64,000 nucleotides of DNA. Origin: Octopus vulgaris (taxonomy: Eukaryota). Shown here one piece after another: positions 14,256 through 28,118 of the stretch. Positions within the stretch are counted from its first letter, which is position 1; every line of letters starts with the position of its first letter. The notes under the pieces were generated by a model, which had not been told where the DNA came from, made no database searches, and worked only from the letters and a program-made list of their open reading frames with translations. The DNA is taken from assembly GCA_951406725.2 (NCBI GenBank), contig OX597814.1:111352001-111416000 (forward strand), given 5' to 3'. A program made the position numbers and the translations under genes.

Positions 14256-14504
14256 AACCACAAGGCTACATGGCCTAGTGGTTATCCCCAGACCGGGCAG
14301 CGCATTGTGTTTCTGAGCAAAACGTTTCATTTCATGTTGGCCCAGTCCACTCAACTGTAAATGAAGAGTTGTCCAATTAGAGGGGCTGTTGGCCTGCTTG
14401 CCTCGCCAGCAGGGTGGCATCATTCGAAAGCTAAAAACGATGCAAAAGCGCATTGTGACCAGCAATGTATAACAACATCTGATAGTCTGGTCAATACTGT
14501 GATA
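14256..14504 (+). mobile_element. tRNA-derived SINE with GCGCATTGTGACCAGC-type tail
   Basis: A-box TGGCCTAGTGG; the 3' ~120 bp are homologous to the tail of the SINE at 20566-20851. Confidence 0.7.
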
Positions 14505-14987
14505 TTCTTTTATTGGTTTGTCATTAGACTGCGGCCATGCTGGAGCATCACTTTTAGTCAAAGAAATCGACCCCAGGACGTATTCTTTGTAAGCCTAGTA
14601 CTTATTCTATCAGTCACTTTTGCCAAACTGCTAAGCTACAGGGATGTAAACACACCAACATTGGTTGTCAAGCAGTGGTGGGGGACAAACACAGATACAT
14701 ACATACACATATATATATCCGATGGGCTTCTTTCAGTTTCTGTCTACCAAATCTACTCACAAGGATTTGGTTGGCCCAAGGCTATAGTAGAAGATATTTG
14801 TCCAAAGTGCCACACAGTGGGACTGAACCTGGAACCATGTGGTTGGGAAGCAAGCTTCTTACCACACAGCCACGCCTGCAACTATTGTATACGTAACTTA
14901 CTTAGTTTAGAGGAAAGAGTAGAACCAAAGGACACTAGCTGGGCCCACTGAGACTAGTGAGGTTGATGCTGTTAATATTCTGTTTAA

Positions 14988-15229
14988 CCCTTTCAACATG
15001 GAATTTTGTCTTAAGTCAGTAATGGCGGCAAGGGGGGGGGGGGTTATACATATGTGAGCCTTTTGAGCTGCCATTACAGTGTCATACACTCTGATCATAT
15101 GCCTGGTGCTACATACTTATAAGAAAAACCAGAGTGGTACTATATTGCATCACATAGAATGGCAATTTTAAAGATTTGGGTTGTAAAATTTTTGACTGGC
15201 ACAAATATGTACCAGCTGGGCTGAAAGGG
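14988..15229. mobile_element. piggyBac-like MITE
   Basis: TTAA on both sides (14984-14987, 15230-15233); TIR CCCTTTCA / TGAAAGGG. Confidence 0.75.
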
Positions 15230-15239
15230 TTAAAGTGTT

Positions 15240-15990
15240 GCACGTCAACATCTACATGAGAGTCATGAGCAAGGAGGAGATTCTAGAGGGATGATGTTCT
15301 GAGGAAGAGGCTTAAGTATTGTGGTTAGCATGGGGAAGGGTGTTGGATGCAACAAGAGCAAGGCAGATGTACTTCTGCAGAAGTGGTACAAGATCAGCTT
15401 GCTTTAAGAGAAGGCCATTATTGTAGCTCTAGAAAAGACATAAAAGGGGAACAGCATGCCTATGGAACAGAGGCTGGAGCTTGTCTATGTTGAATGGGCC
15501 TTCTCAGAATGCAGTCCATGGTATCTCTGTGCAGCAGCACTGTCCTAGGTGTGGGAGCAATACTCTATTGTGGGTGTCAGTAACAGGTAGGGATTGAAAT
15601 ATTTTCTGGATGTGCTTTTGTTAAGAGAGATTTTTGATGATAGAGGCCCAGTATCTGCAGTGATAAGAGTGCTCTAGCTAAGTGCCACTTGTGATGGGGT
15701 GGGAGTGGGGTGGTGGAGTAGTGCAGTGGTGTTTCTTTGGTTTGGAGAGTGCTTGAGTTATTTCGCTGTTAAAAGACTGACATCACTCTACTGGAGGAAG
15801 GTTTCAAGTCTTTGCCTATGGAATCAATGCCAGCCTGGTGTACGGTGCCTAGTTTGTGTGTAGATGATGCATGGTTGAGGCAGGTTAGAGAAGAATGGTA
15901 AGTTGTATCATCTGCATAAGAGTGAGTATTGCTGGATGTAGTGGTTGGTAGGTCATTGTATATAGAAGAGGAAGGTACAAAACGGGACCC
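15240..15990 (-). pseudogene. Degraded CR1-group LINE RT 3' region
   Basis: NTHSYADDTT on minus near 15903-15930; no long ORF remains. 16760-17220 may be an upstream part of the same relic. Confidence 0.55.
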
Positions 15991-17347
15991 TGGAGTACAT
16001 TATGATCTTTTAACATCTGCTTTCCATGCTGGCATAGATCGGATAGTTTGACAGGAATTGGCAAGCTGGAGTGCTGTACCAGGCGCCAGTTTCGGATTGG
16101 TTTCTACAGCTGATGCTCTTCCTAATGCCAACCACTTTACAGAGTGTACTGGGTGCTTCTTATGTTATACCATAACCAGTGCTTTTTATGTGGCACCAGC
16201 ACAGATGCTTTCAATGTGGTGCCAGCACTGGGGTGCAGCTTTAGTCACAGTATGGAAGGGGTTAAGTTTTTGAGGTGGGAAAGAGAGTAGAGTGTTTGTG
16301 TGTGTTGGTCTAGAGTGCAGGTAAAGGATGGAATACATTGGTGTAAAGAGATCATCATCATCATTAACGTCCATTTTCCGTGCTAGCACGGGTTGGACGG
16401 TTCGACCGGGGTCTTGGAAACCAGGAGGCTGTACCAGGCTCCATTCTGATCTGGCAGTGTTTCTACAGCTGGATGCCTTTCCTAAAGCTAACCACTCTGT
16501 GAGTATAGTGGGTGCTTTTTATGTGCCAGGGGAGGCTGGCAGCAGCCATGATTGGTTGGTACTTTTTATGTGCCACCGGCACAGAATCCAGTCATGGCAG
16601 CACTGGCATTGGCCACGTTCGGATGGTGCTTTTTATGTGCCACCGGCACAGGTATCACAACTACAATTTCCATTTGATATTTATTTTGATGTTGATGTAC
16701 TTCACTCAATAGGTCTCCTCAAGCACAGCAGGTCATGTGCCACCGGCAGAGATGAGAATAGCAAAGAGAGTTAGTTTTTGCACAGGTAGCATCAGTGTGG
16801 GATGAGCATGGGGGCTATGAAGATGAAGACTTGGCAGAGATAAGATAGATGTTTTCAATGTGTGGAGGTGATATGTTCAAAGAGTTTCTGATGGTCTGAG
16901 GTATTTAGATAGCAATAGAGGAAAATGAAGGAGGGAGACTTTGAAGCAGAAATGGAAGTTGTTCTTGCAGAAGTCCAGTTATGAGAGGTAAGAGACAAGG
17001 AGAATATGAAGATAGTAAAGTTTGGTGTGAAATTTGAGTAGAAAGTGTATTAGAGACAACAAAACTGGATTGTACATTAGAGGTGAGAAATTTGTGTCTG
17101 AGAGAGAAATAGGATGTGTGGTTTGCCAGAGATTAAAAGGTGATACGTGGGGTCTAGGTTGTAGAGAAGATCTTGAAGGACATGAACAAAAAAAAACAGC
17201 AACTGTGATTGAAATAACAAAACAAGGATTAGAAAGAGACAAATTAATAATAATTACTGTTGAAGTATGTACTGTTGGATGGCAAATTAGAAAATTGATT
17301 ATTAATTAGGCATATAAATAAACACATACAAACAACCACATATGTAT

Positions 17348-17421
17348 GCCATCTGATGAGGTAGTTGACTATCAATATATTTACTAATTATTGATCACTG
17401 ACAACAGAAACAATTGTTATG
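17348..17421 (+). ncRNA. Type-I hammerhead ribozyme motif (degenerate)
   Basis: CAT-CTGATGA-(GTTG..ATCAATA/TATTGAT..CAAC)-GAAA-CAATTG-T-T-ATG; palindromic stem III ACAATTGT. Confidence 0.55.
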
Positions 17422-18032
17422 AAATAATTAACATACTGTCTGTTTTCTGGTTTTTCTTTTAAACTATATGCATATACCCATATGAACATGCATACATATA
17501 TCCCTGTATCTTGAGGGTACGCCCTGCATATCTTCACCATCTTCCTCTCTCTCCCTCGACAGGGGTAGCCAGGTATTTCTATCATAGTTTAACCCCTCCT
17601 CACCTGGTACAAAGCCACCTCTCTCACCTACTCCTTCAGTTGAAGAGTCTTTGTCTTAACTAATACTTGGTGACCTGGCAGTTGCTGATGCCACATGAAA
17701 AGCACCCAGTCCACTCTGTAAATCAGATGGTGTTAGGAAGGGCATCTGGCCACAAAAACCATACCAATGCAGTTCTCTGGCTAGCCAGCTCTTGTCAAAC
17801 CATCTAAACCATACCAGGATGGACTACAGATGCTAAATATTGATAATGGTATGGCACATAAAAGCACCTATTACACTCTCAGAGTGGTTGGCTTTAGGAA
17901 TAGCATCAAGCTGTAGAAAACCATGCCAAATCAGACTGGAGTCTGGTGCAGCCTTCCAGTGTGCCAGCCCCAGCCAAACTGTCCAACCCATGCCAGCATG
18001 GACAACAGACGTATGATGATGATGATGATGAT

Positions 18033-18066
<34 letters not shown>

Positions 18067-18207
18067 TAAGGGTAAAAATTGATATTAATCAATTAAAACC
18101 AGTGGCCTAGCATATTTTAAAAAAATCCGAAGATTAGAAAATTTTTTACATACAAAATTTAGAGGACTGACCACTAAAAAAAATAGACAGCCTATATGCT
18201 AGATATA

Positions 18208-18438
18208 GGCGGTGAGCTGGCAGAAATGTTAGCACGCTGGGCGAAATGCGTAGCCGTATTTCATCTGCCGTTACGTTCTGAGTTCAAATTCCGCCGAGGT
18301 CGACTTTACCTTTCATCCTTTCGGGGTCGATAAATAAAGTACCAGTTACGCACTGGGGTCAATGTAATCGACTTAATCCCTTTGTCTGTCCTTGTTTGTC
18401 CCCTCTATGTTTAGCACCTTGTGGGCAGTCAAGAAATA
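18208..18438 (+). mobile_element. Full-length SINE family C with target-site duplication
   Basis: GGCGGTGAGCTGGCAGAA head, B-box GAGTTCAAATTCC, CCTTTCATCCTTTCGGGGTCGATAAA central motif; TATATGCTAGATA duplicated at 18193-18205 and 18439-18451. Relatives at about 11468-11680, 50900-51110, 58663-58878. Confidence 0.85.
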
Positions 18439-18589
18439 TATATGCTAGATACAGACATCACAATCACCATTTTCCACGAAGAATGTGTTCTCAAGAAAAA
18501 AATTCAGCAAAAAAAGTGTAAAAATAAGCAAGACAAATGAAAATATACGAAATATTCTGCTTCTGATCCCAAAAGAAATGAAACTGAAG

Positions 18590-19010
18590 AAATCTGGAAG
18601 CTGCTTCAAATCCTCAATGCTTTAGAACCAGAGTTAAATTCTTCAACCTGTCTACAGACCTGAGGGGCTGTCTTCGTAGAGATTATTTCTCTGGTTGGTG
18701 TACCAAACCTTTGTTTCAAGACAGTGAGGGAAGATCTCCTTCTGGCAGTAAAGGGGCTACCAATGATCCAGTAGATGAATTGATATCAGAGATCTTTCCT
18801 AACCAGTAACATCTGACATGGAAATAGCTGTGCAAGAGTTACATCTGTACCCTGTAATGATCAATGATCAACATCAATGGGCAGCTGTTACAAGCACTTC
18901 CAGGAAATAGTCAAAACGTAATACATCAATGAGGAAGAAAGCATTCACTATCCTGCTGAATTTTAAAATTTCTTGGAACATTCAAGTCTACAACCGAATG
19001 AATTTCAAAT
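18590..19010 (+). pseudogene. Helitron PIF1-like helicase relic
   Basis: PVDELISEIFPN, NINGQLLQALPG and NEEESIHYPAEF*NFLEHSSLQPNEF resemble the Helitron YPxEFLNSLxxxGLPPH region, in the expected order. Confidence 0.65.
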
Positions 19011-20565
19011 AAAAAAAAAAAGAGAGAAAAGGAGAGACAAGTGGTTAGGAGTGGGTGTGTGGTAAGTAGCTTGCTTACCAACCACATGGTTCCAGGTTCA
19101 GTCCCACAGCATGGTGCCTTGGGCAAGCACCTTCTAACATAGCATCAGGCTGACCAAAGTCTTGTGAGTAGATCTGGTAGACAGAAACTGAAAGAAGCCC
19201 GTCGTGCATGTATATATATATATATATATTTGTGATTCTGTTTGCCCCCCAACCATCACTTGACAACCGATGTTGGTGTGTTTACACCCCCGTAACTTAA
19301 CAGTTTGGCAACAGAGGCCGATAGAATAAATACTAGGCTTACAAAGAAAAAGTCCTGGGGTCGATTTGTTCAACTAAAGGCGGTGCTCCAGCATGGCTGC
19401 AGTCAAATTACTGAAACAAATAAAAGAATCCAATAATGCTGTTGTGTTATTTACATCAGTGAATGGTACAAGACTAATTGGTTAAAAAGCTCATGCTGTA
19501 TCATATTCAGCCCACTGTTCTTACTGGTGTGCCAAATGAGAAAGATACAATTATATTCAGAATACCATTCACATCAACAGATGAACTTTTTGATGCTTTC
19601 TCTAAGACCAATCTAATGAATGAACTTGAATAATGTTTAGTATTAAACCAAAAATATATTAAGAGGCGTTCAGAAGCAACAATAGGAAAATTAAGCAATC
19701 CACAATAGTGGTGGAATAAATTTAATTTATGACTGCTTTGCATAAATATCAATATTCTGTGTTAGAGAATGGTGGAAGTAAGAAATCAACTAACTACAAA
19801 ATGGCCAGTCAGCAGCTCATTTTTTCTGCACATCAAAAGTAGAAGTGGAATGTTCTCACTTTTATATTTCCCTCACAGCTACACTTTATTGTATCTATAT
19901 TGGCACACAGCCACTCAGCCTCTTGTCTGGCACAGAGCCACTCCCCTTGGTTCCACTCTCTCTCTCAACCAAGAGGACTTTGTTTTGAAAGTTACATGGC
20001 AACCCTGCTGGTGTCAGTGCCCAGTGACCCGTAAAAGGAACCTATGATACATTAAAGTCACCCTCCCCCAGTATATTCTGTTAAGTGGTTGGCATCAGGA
20101 AAGGCATCCAGCCACAGAAACCAGGCCAAAACAGATGACAGGCACCTGATGCAGCTCTCCAGCTTACCAGCTCTGGTCAAACTGTCTAACCCATACCAGC
20201 ATGGAAAGTGGATGTTAAATGATGATATATATATAGAATGGTATAGTTTGCATAAAGCAGTCTTATAGTTTCTGTCTACCAGATCTACTCACAAGACTTT
20301 GGTCAGCCTGATGCTATGTTAGAAGGTGCTTGCCCAAGGCACCATGCTGTGGGACTGAACCTGGAACCATGTGGTTGGTAAGCAAGCTACTTACCACACA
20401 CCCACTCCTAACCACTTGGCATTAGGAAGGGCATCCAGCCGTAGAAACACTGCCAAATCTGACTGGGCCTGATGAAGCCTCCCGGCTTCACAGACCCCAG
20501 TTAAACCGTCCAACCCATGCTAGCATGGAAAACGGACGCTAAATGATGATGATATATATATATAG

Positions 20566-20851
20566 GCCCAATGGTTAGGGCAGTGGTCTCACGGTTGTTG
20601 GATCGCGGTTTCGATTCCCAGACCGGGCATTGTGTTTATTGAGCGAAAACACCTAAAGCCCCACGAGGCTCCGGCAGGGGATGATGGCGCTCCCTGCTGT
20701 ACTCTTTCACCACACCTTTCTCTCACTCTTTCTTCTGTTGGCCTGCTCGCTTAGCCAGCGGGGTGGCATCATTTGAAGGCTAAAACAATGTGAAGCGCAT
20801 TGTGACCAGCGATGTGTAGCAACATCTGATAGCCTGATCGATCACGGTGAT
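20566..20851 (+). mobile_element. tRNA-derived SINE family D (tail type 2)
   Basis: GGCCCAATGGTTAGG A-box-like, GGTTTCGATTCC B-box; head and body shared with 41388-41595; flanked by (TA)n. Confidence 0.85.
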
Positions 20852-22165
20852 ATATATATATTTTACAAAGCCAAGACAAGACAATGCAAGTTATAAGAAA
20901 TAATACAGGTCGATGGTTTGCACTTTTATCATGTATTTCAATATTTCAGGGTAAGGTATATTGTGTGCGTGAGTGTATATATTGTTCAAAATTGTACAAA
21001 AAAAAACTTAAACAAACAAAAGAAACAGTCAGGTGAGGGAATGACAAACATGGTTTAGTTTGATGACACACATGTATATGCATATATGAGAACATTTGCA
21101 CATATATCATAGTTTGAACATCTACTTTCCTATACTTACAAGGTTTGGACAAAGTTCATGGCAAATTTTCTACAGCTGAATACCTTTCCTGTCACCAACC
21201 CTCATTCGTTTCCAAGCAAGGCAATATTTACCCATGGACAAACATACTTATGCAGAATATTGGAAATGATTGGCATTCATTTTAACAGGAGACACGCACA
21301 TAGACATACACACTCACGCATATATACATGCCCACATGATGGGCTTCTTTCAATTTCTGTGAACCAAATCCATTCAAAAGGCTATAATCAGCCTGGGGCT
21401 GATGAAACTTGCTCAAGGTGTCATGTAATGCTTGTCTTCTATGCTGGCATGGGTTGGATAGCTGGAGCCTGTGTTTAATGACCACTTCTGAAGTATGTGT
21501 CACAATGGTACATACAATATAATACAAAATTATCAAGATTGTTTTATTTGGTAATGTCACGCAAACACACACATAACCAGTACACACTGTAAAATGGTTG
21601 GCACTAGGAAGAGCATCCGGCTGCGGAAACCAAGCCAGAAGAGACATTGGAGCCCAATATAGCTGTGGAGCATGCCAGGTTCTGAAAACAGTCAACCCAT
21701 GCCAGAATGGACGTTAAAGGATGATGATATCTAAATACATATATATATATATATATCTCACGTTGATTCTTCATACTTTGCTGAGAATTTACTGGTGTGA
21801 ATTGGTGTAGATTTAAAAAGTTGTATTAGTAAATTAAGTGTATGATTAAGTTATTGAATGAAGTTCTACAAATCTAATCATATTTGTCAAAAATGGAGGG
21901 GATTACAACTTTTTAACATCTTATCTCCTTCATTTTTGACAAATATGATTAGATTTGTAGAACTTCATTCTATAACTTAATATACTAATATCTCTTATAT
22001 GTATACACCTTATTAATTTTGCCTGTACGACGTGTGCATGCAGCCACCAGCGATGATATTTTCAAAAGTACTATCGCTCTCATATATATATATATATATA
22101 AATAAGTGTAGTGCTCCAGTATGGCCACAACCAAATGACTGAAACAAATAAAATATTTATTTTGT

Positions 22166-22515
22166 TGTGTCTATGGAGAGTCATTATGTCAATATTAACA
22201 CACACACTGGTTCAGTTCCACTCCTTAATTATTAGTCATTTGGTTAACTATCCAACTAACTAATCAATTGTTTGTTTAACTTAGTTTAAGAGTAAGTCAG
22301 GTTTTTTTTTTTAAAAAAGTTCTTTCATTGCAACATGCAACCTTTTTAAACGAATGAGCTTTAACAAAAAACAAAAACAAACGGCTTACTCTTTGGCCAA
22401 ATTAAACAACAAGCGATTAGGTAGTTGGATATTTAACCAGTTGACTAATAATAAAGGAGTGGAATTGAACTAGTGCATGTGTTAATAATATTGGCATAAT
22501 GACCCTCTCTACACA
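22166..22515. mobile_element. Foldback/MITE with ~150-bp imperfect inverted arms
   Basis: GAGAGTCATTATGTCAATATT...CAGTTCCACTCCTT mirrored by AAGGAGTGGAATTG...AATATTGGCATAATGACCCTC. Confidence 0.7.
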
Positions 22516-25500
22516 TGGATTCACATAAAGGATCTTGCAAACCAGATACAAAAACAATATATCATCATCGTCTAATGTATGTCTTCCATGCATGCATGGG
22601 TAGGACAGCTGACAGGAGCTGGCCAGGTAGGAGACTACCCCAGGCTACTGTGTCTGTTTTGGCAGGGTTTTTATGGTTGGATGCCCTTCCTAACACTAAC
22701 CACCCCACAGAATGGACTGAGTGTTTTTTGCTTGGCACCAGCACAGGTGAGGTCTGATATGGCATGGTTTTAACAGCTGGAAGCCTGTCCAAATGCCAAC
22801 TGCTTTACAGTGTGGACTGGATGCTTTTTATGTGGCACCAGCATGGGCAAGGTCATAAAGTGATTTGCAAAACAAGGAATTTTGAGAGAGGAGGGGCATT
22901 GGAGGAGTGGATCTTATGTCAGATGATGAAAGGTTAGAGAGTGACAGAGAAACAGAGACAGAAAGCAGTGTTTTACTATAGAAAAGATGCAGGCATTGCT
23001 GTGCGGTTGAAAAGCTTACAATTGGTTCCAGGTTCAATTCCACCATGTGACCTTTTAAGTGGATTTGGTAAATGGAAACTGAAAGAAACCCCATCATGTA
23101 TGCATGTATACATGTGTGTGATAGTGTGTATATTAAAGATATATATATATGTATGCAGGTGAGTTGGGTTTCATCTTCTCAGCACATGTTTGTGGTAAAT
23201 GCATGTCGCTATCATGCGAGTGTGTTCTTGTTTCCAATCTGTGGAAACATGTCCACAGGGAAATATAATCTTACTTGAAAATAGGTGAGCATTGGCAATA
23301 TTTTTCTAGGCACAGAAAAATCTACCTCAACAAATTCCATCCAACTCATGCAAGTGGAACTATGAGGCTAGGGAGGAGTCTTCTAAACCACACAATGTCT
23401 ACACCTACATATATATACTAAACGTATATGTGTGTGTATATCATCATCATCATCATCGTTTAATGTCCACTTTCCATGCTAGCATGGGTTTGATGGTTTG
23501 ACTGTGGGCTGGTGAACCAGATGGCTGCACCAGGCTCCAGTCCTGCAGCCATCTGGTTTGCCATATACATATATATATGCATACACATGAATTACACACA
23601 AAGAGAGATTTTGATTTTTATCTAGCAAATCCAATTGTAAGCCTTTGGGGTTAAGGCAGAAGACGACCCAGGGTGTGACCCAGTGTGACTGAACCTGAAA
23701 CCATGTGGCACATGATTGGGAAGTCAATTTCTTAAGCACAGAGACAACTACACATGCGTTTGTTTGTGTGTGTGTGTGTGTATATATACATACATATATA
23801 TATATATACACACATATATGTTGTTGGTAATGTACTGAGTAGTATACTGATATTAATTATTTTTAAAAATCATAGATAAATTTAATACGGTTGCACAAAG
23901 ATGTACTGAATAAAGTATATTTGTGTAAAGTCATAATTAACACGTTCATAAAGTCATAATTAACATGTTAATTAAATGCGAGTAGACCTGCTGCTGCAGA
24001 AATAGTCTCAAGAGAAAATACTTCAAGAAGACGTGTGAAAACATATATTAGGCAGCAAATAGCATCACTGGATCATAGGATGCAAGCTATTCTGCATCAA
24101 CTTCAAATACCAAATCTTATAAGAACAAATTAGTAGAACAGCATGTATAAAACTTGGTCAAGCTAGGATTAAATAAAGTAGTATGAAGCGTGTTGAATAA
24201 AATATCTTTGTGTAAAGTCAGGCGTTTATTCTATTGTGTATTTATGTACATATATAAAAAGTCTTGAAATTTTCCTAATGAAAAGTACTGTTTAAATCCA
24301 TTTGTCTTCGTTTTTTCAGCAATAGACAACACCACAAAAAAACAAAGCATCTAAGCAGTATTTCATTTCATTTCCATAGGACAATTTGAAAACTTTTTCT
24401 ATTAGCATGTATCAGCTAAGAAATCATACATTCATTATTCCCTAACTAATTCTTTATACATACATACATATAGATAGATACATATATACATATCATCATC
24501 GTTTAATGTCTGTTTTCCATACTGACATGGGTTGGATGGTTTGACTGTGGACTGGCAAGCCAGGAGGTCACACCAGGCTCCAATCTGATCTAGCAATGTT
24601 TCTACAGCTGAAAGCCCTTCCTAATGCCAACTACTCTGAGAGTGTAGTGGGTGCTTTTTATGTGCCACTGGCAAGGGAACCAGTCAGGCGGCACTGGCAT
24701 TGGCCAAGTTTGGATGGTGCTTTTTACATACTACCAACACAGGAGCCAATCAGGGCTGGCACTGACTATGTTCGGATGGTGCTTTTTATGTGCCACCAGC
24801 ATGGGAGCCAGTCAGGTGGCAGTGACATCAGCCACAACTACAATTTCCATTTGATTGTGATTTGATTTTTGATTTTACTTCATTCACACACTGAAAACAA
24901 TTTCTATATGCATTAATCCCAAACATGTTTGAAAACTTGAAAAAAGCACTTACACACAAAACACATTTCTTCCCCTAAAGTTTATGACATTCTGTTCTCT
25001 AAATAGTTAACAACCTAAAAAAATTTTTTTATATTCATATATATATAAGCGCAGGAGTGGCCACATGGTTCTGGGTTCTGTCCTACTGCATAGCACCTTG
25101 TATGAGCTCATACAAAGCTTTACATTTTACTTTTGACAATCTTTTTCTAAAAAAGTGAAACCAGTCAAGTGAATAAACATCTTTAAAATTGCATTTTCAA
25201 ACCTTCTTTCATATATATTTCAACGTGCGGTACCTTACAACTTATATATATATGTATATATATGTATATATATATATATATATATGTATGTATATATATA
25301 TATTTTAACGTAATTTTCCCCAGCTACCATGAGTGAGATGGAATACACTAAGACATATTTTCTAGGGGAATGGTTTTCACTTAAGGTGTGAGAAATTCTG
25401 GCTTTTGGGCAAGTGTCTTCTATTATAGATCCTGGCTGGCCAAAAACTTGAGTTGATTTGGAAAGTAGAAACAAAATAGCCGATGTATATTACACGTGTT

Positions 25501-25736
25501 TTTCTGTCTCCTTGTCTGGGCATCAAGTGATAGTTGTAAACGCATGTCACTGCCATACAAGCAGTGTCATTCCTTTCCAATATTCTGCAAAGACAAATCT
25601 GGACATGGAGAAATATTACCTTGCCCAGAGACAGGTGAGTTTTGGTGACTGGGAGGGTATCCAGATACGGAAAATCCGCATCAAATAAACTCCATCTGAC
25701 CCATGCAAGCAAGGAAAAGTGGATGTTAAAATAATG

Positions 25737-25775
<39 letters not shown>

Positions 25776-27804
25776 GGCACAGGAGTAGCTGTGTGGTAAG
25801 AAGCTTGCTTCCCAACTACATGGTTCTGGGTTCAGTCCCACTGCGTGGCACCTTGGGCAAGTGTCTTCTATTATAACTCCCGGCTGTCCAAAGCCCTGTG
25901 AGTGGATTTGGTGGACAGGAACTGCAAGAAGCCCGTCATATATATGTATGTATTTGCGTGTCTGTGTCTGTCCCCCCACCATCGCTTAACAACCCACGTT
26001 GGTGTGTTTAGGTCTCCGCAACTTCACAGTTCAGCAAATAGAGACCAATAGAATAAGTACTAGGCTTACAAAGAATGGGTCCTGGGGTTGATCTGTTCAA
26101 CTAAAAGGCGGTGCTCCCGCATGGCTGCAGTCAAATGACTAAAACTAGTAAAAATATACATATATATATAAATGTATGTATACACACGTGTGTGTGTGTG
26201 TATATATATATATATATTATGCAGATGTTTATATATGTATAAGATACAAGTGTTTGCGTAGGTATATATTTGTATGTGTGTGCGTATATACACGAATATG
26301 CACGTATACATGAATCTATATGTGCACACACATACAAGAATATAGATTAGGATCATCAGTTTTGACCCCCACTTCTCCATTCTCACATGAGCAAAAGAGA
26401 ATTCACTGAAATAGATTGTCTACAGCTAGATACCATCCCTATAGCAAACCATCCATCATCACCTACTTCCACACAAGGTCACATTTCCCCATATCCAGAC
26501 AGGTTTTCATGGAAGATTGAAAATGAAGGTCACCACTTGTATGTCAGTGATTCTTGTTCACAAATATTACATGCTGTGAAGATAAAGAGTGACACACAAC
26601 CATACCACACATGTAGACATACATTGATACATACACACGTGCATGCTTGACAGTTGCCTTTCAGTTTATGTCAATCAAATTCATACACAAGGCTCCGATC
26701 AGCCTGGAGCAACAATAAAAGACACTAGCCTAAGTGACTTGAAACTAAATGGTTGAAAAGAGAAAACTTCTTAACCACAGAGCTTAACCTGCACCTACAT
26801 GCATACATATATATTATCATCATCATCATTTAACGTCCGGTTTCCATGCTAGCATGGGTTGGACTGTTTGACTGAGGACTGGCAAGCCAGATGGCTGCAC
26901 CAGGCTCCAATCTGATTTGGCAGAGTTTCTACAGCTGGATGCCCTTCCTAATGCCAACCACTCCGAGAGTGTAGTGGGTGCTTTTACGTGCCACTAGCAC
27001 GAGGACCAGTCAGGTGGTACTGGCAGTGGCCATGCTCAAATGGTGTTTTTACGTGTCACCTGCACAAGAGCCAGTCTAGCGGCACTGGCAACGACCTCGC
27101 TCTAATGTTATATATACATATATTTGTTTTTTAAATGTTAGATTTAGTTCCACATAACTTTTAATTTTATAAGTTTGTAGGACACATCTGTCTTATCAGA
27201 TGCTAGGAGGCAGAGTGGGCATTTTGCGGGAAATTTGAAACGGCTTCTAGGTGTTTAGGCATCTAATGGTCAGTTCAGGTAATGTGATATTAATGCAATT
27301 AAAATTACAAGTTATTTTCTTTATTTCTATGTGTCTGTGCTCAGACAGGATACACTAGGATACAGCATAGTACATACATCGACAATCAGTTTCCTGTACT
27401 GAGCATTGCAAATGACATCACAAAACATTATGCAGGCATAACAGCCAACAACCTTAAGGGAAGGTATAAACAGCACATGCATTCTTTTAGATACAGGGAC
27501 AAAGAAAACTCCACCTTTCTGTCCTGTTTCGTTCGAAGACACTGTAAGTATCAAAACAACTTTCTCCACATCAAATGAGTATTGATGACAGGACCCCTAA
27601 CTCACCTGGAACTCACATTATCAACTCTGTCTCCAAGGGAGACTATGCATACTCCACCAACCTGCAGTTCCATCAACAGAAAGAATGGACTATTAACAAT
27701 AAAATAGTCCATTATTGTTGCTACTAGAAGTATGCTCTGTTAATGAATTTCAAGCCTCTGGCTGCTGACAACCCAGATATACATTATATGTATACATATA
27801 ACAC

Positions 27805-28118
27805 TGGCAATCTGTTGATTACAACATTGAGAGTTCCAGTTATCTGATCAATGGAACAGCCTGCTTGTAAAATTAATATGCAAGTGACTGAGCACTCCAC
27901 AAACACGCATACACATAACATAATCCTCAGAGAGATTCAGCATGACATAGATTGTGACAAGGCCGGCCTTTTGAATAACAGGTACAGTTCATTTTTGTAA
28001 GCTGAGTGGACTGGAGCAACATGAAATAAAGTATCTTGCTCAAGGACATGACACATCACTGGAATTTGAACTCACAACCTTATGATAGTGAGCCAAATAC
28101 CCTAATCACTAAGCCACA
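27805..28118 (-). mobile_element. tRNA-derived SINE (further family)
   Basis: TGGCTTAGTGA A-box-like, GAGTTCAAATTCC B-box, TCCTTGAGCAAGATACTTTATTTCATGTTGCTCCAGTCCACTCAGC body also seen near 14320 and 30030. Confidence 0.7.

Noticed and set aside
14361-14951. 196-aa ORF and similar 60-200-aa ORFs
   Set aside because: They run through SINE copies and repeat the same SINE-derived peptides (e.g. FLQLDALPN, GLNLEPCGW).
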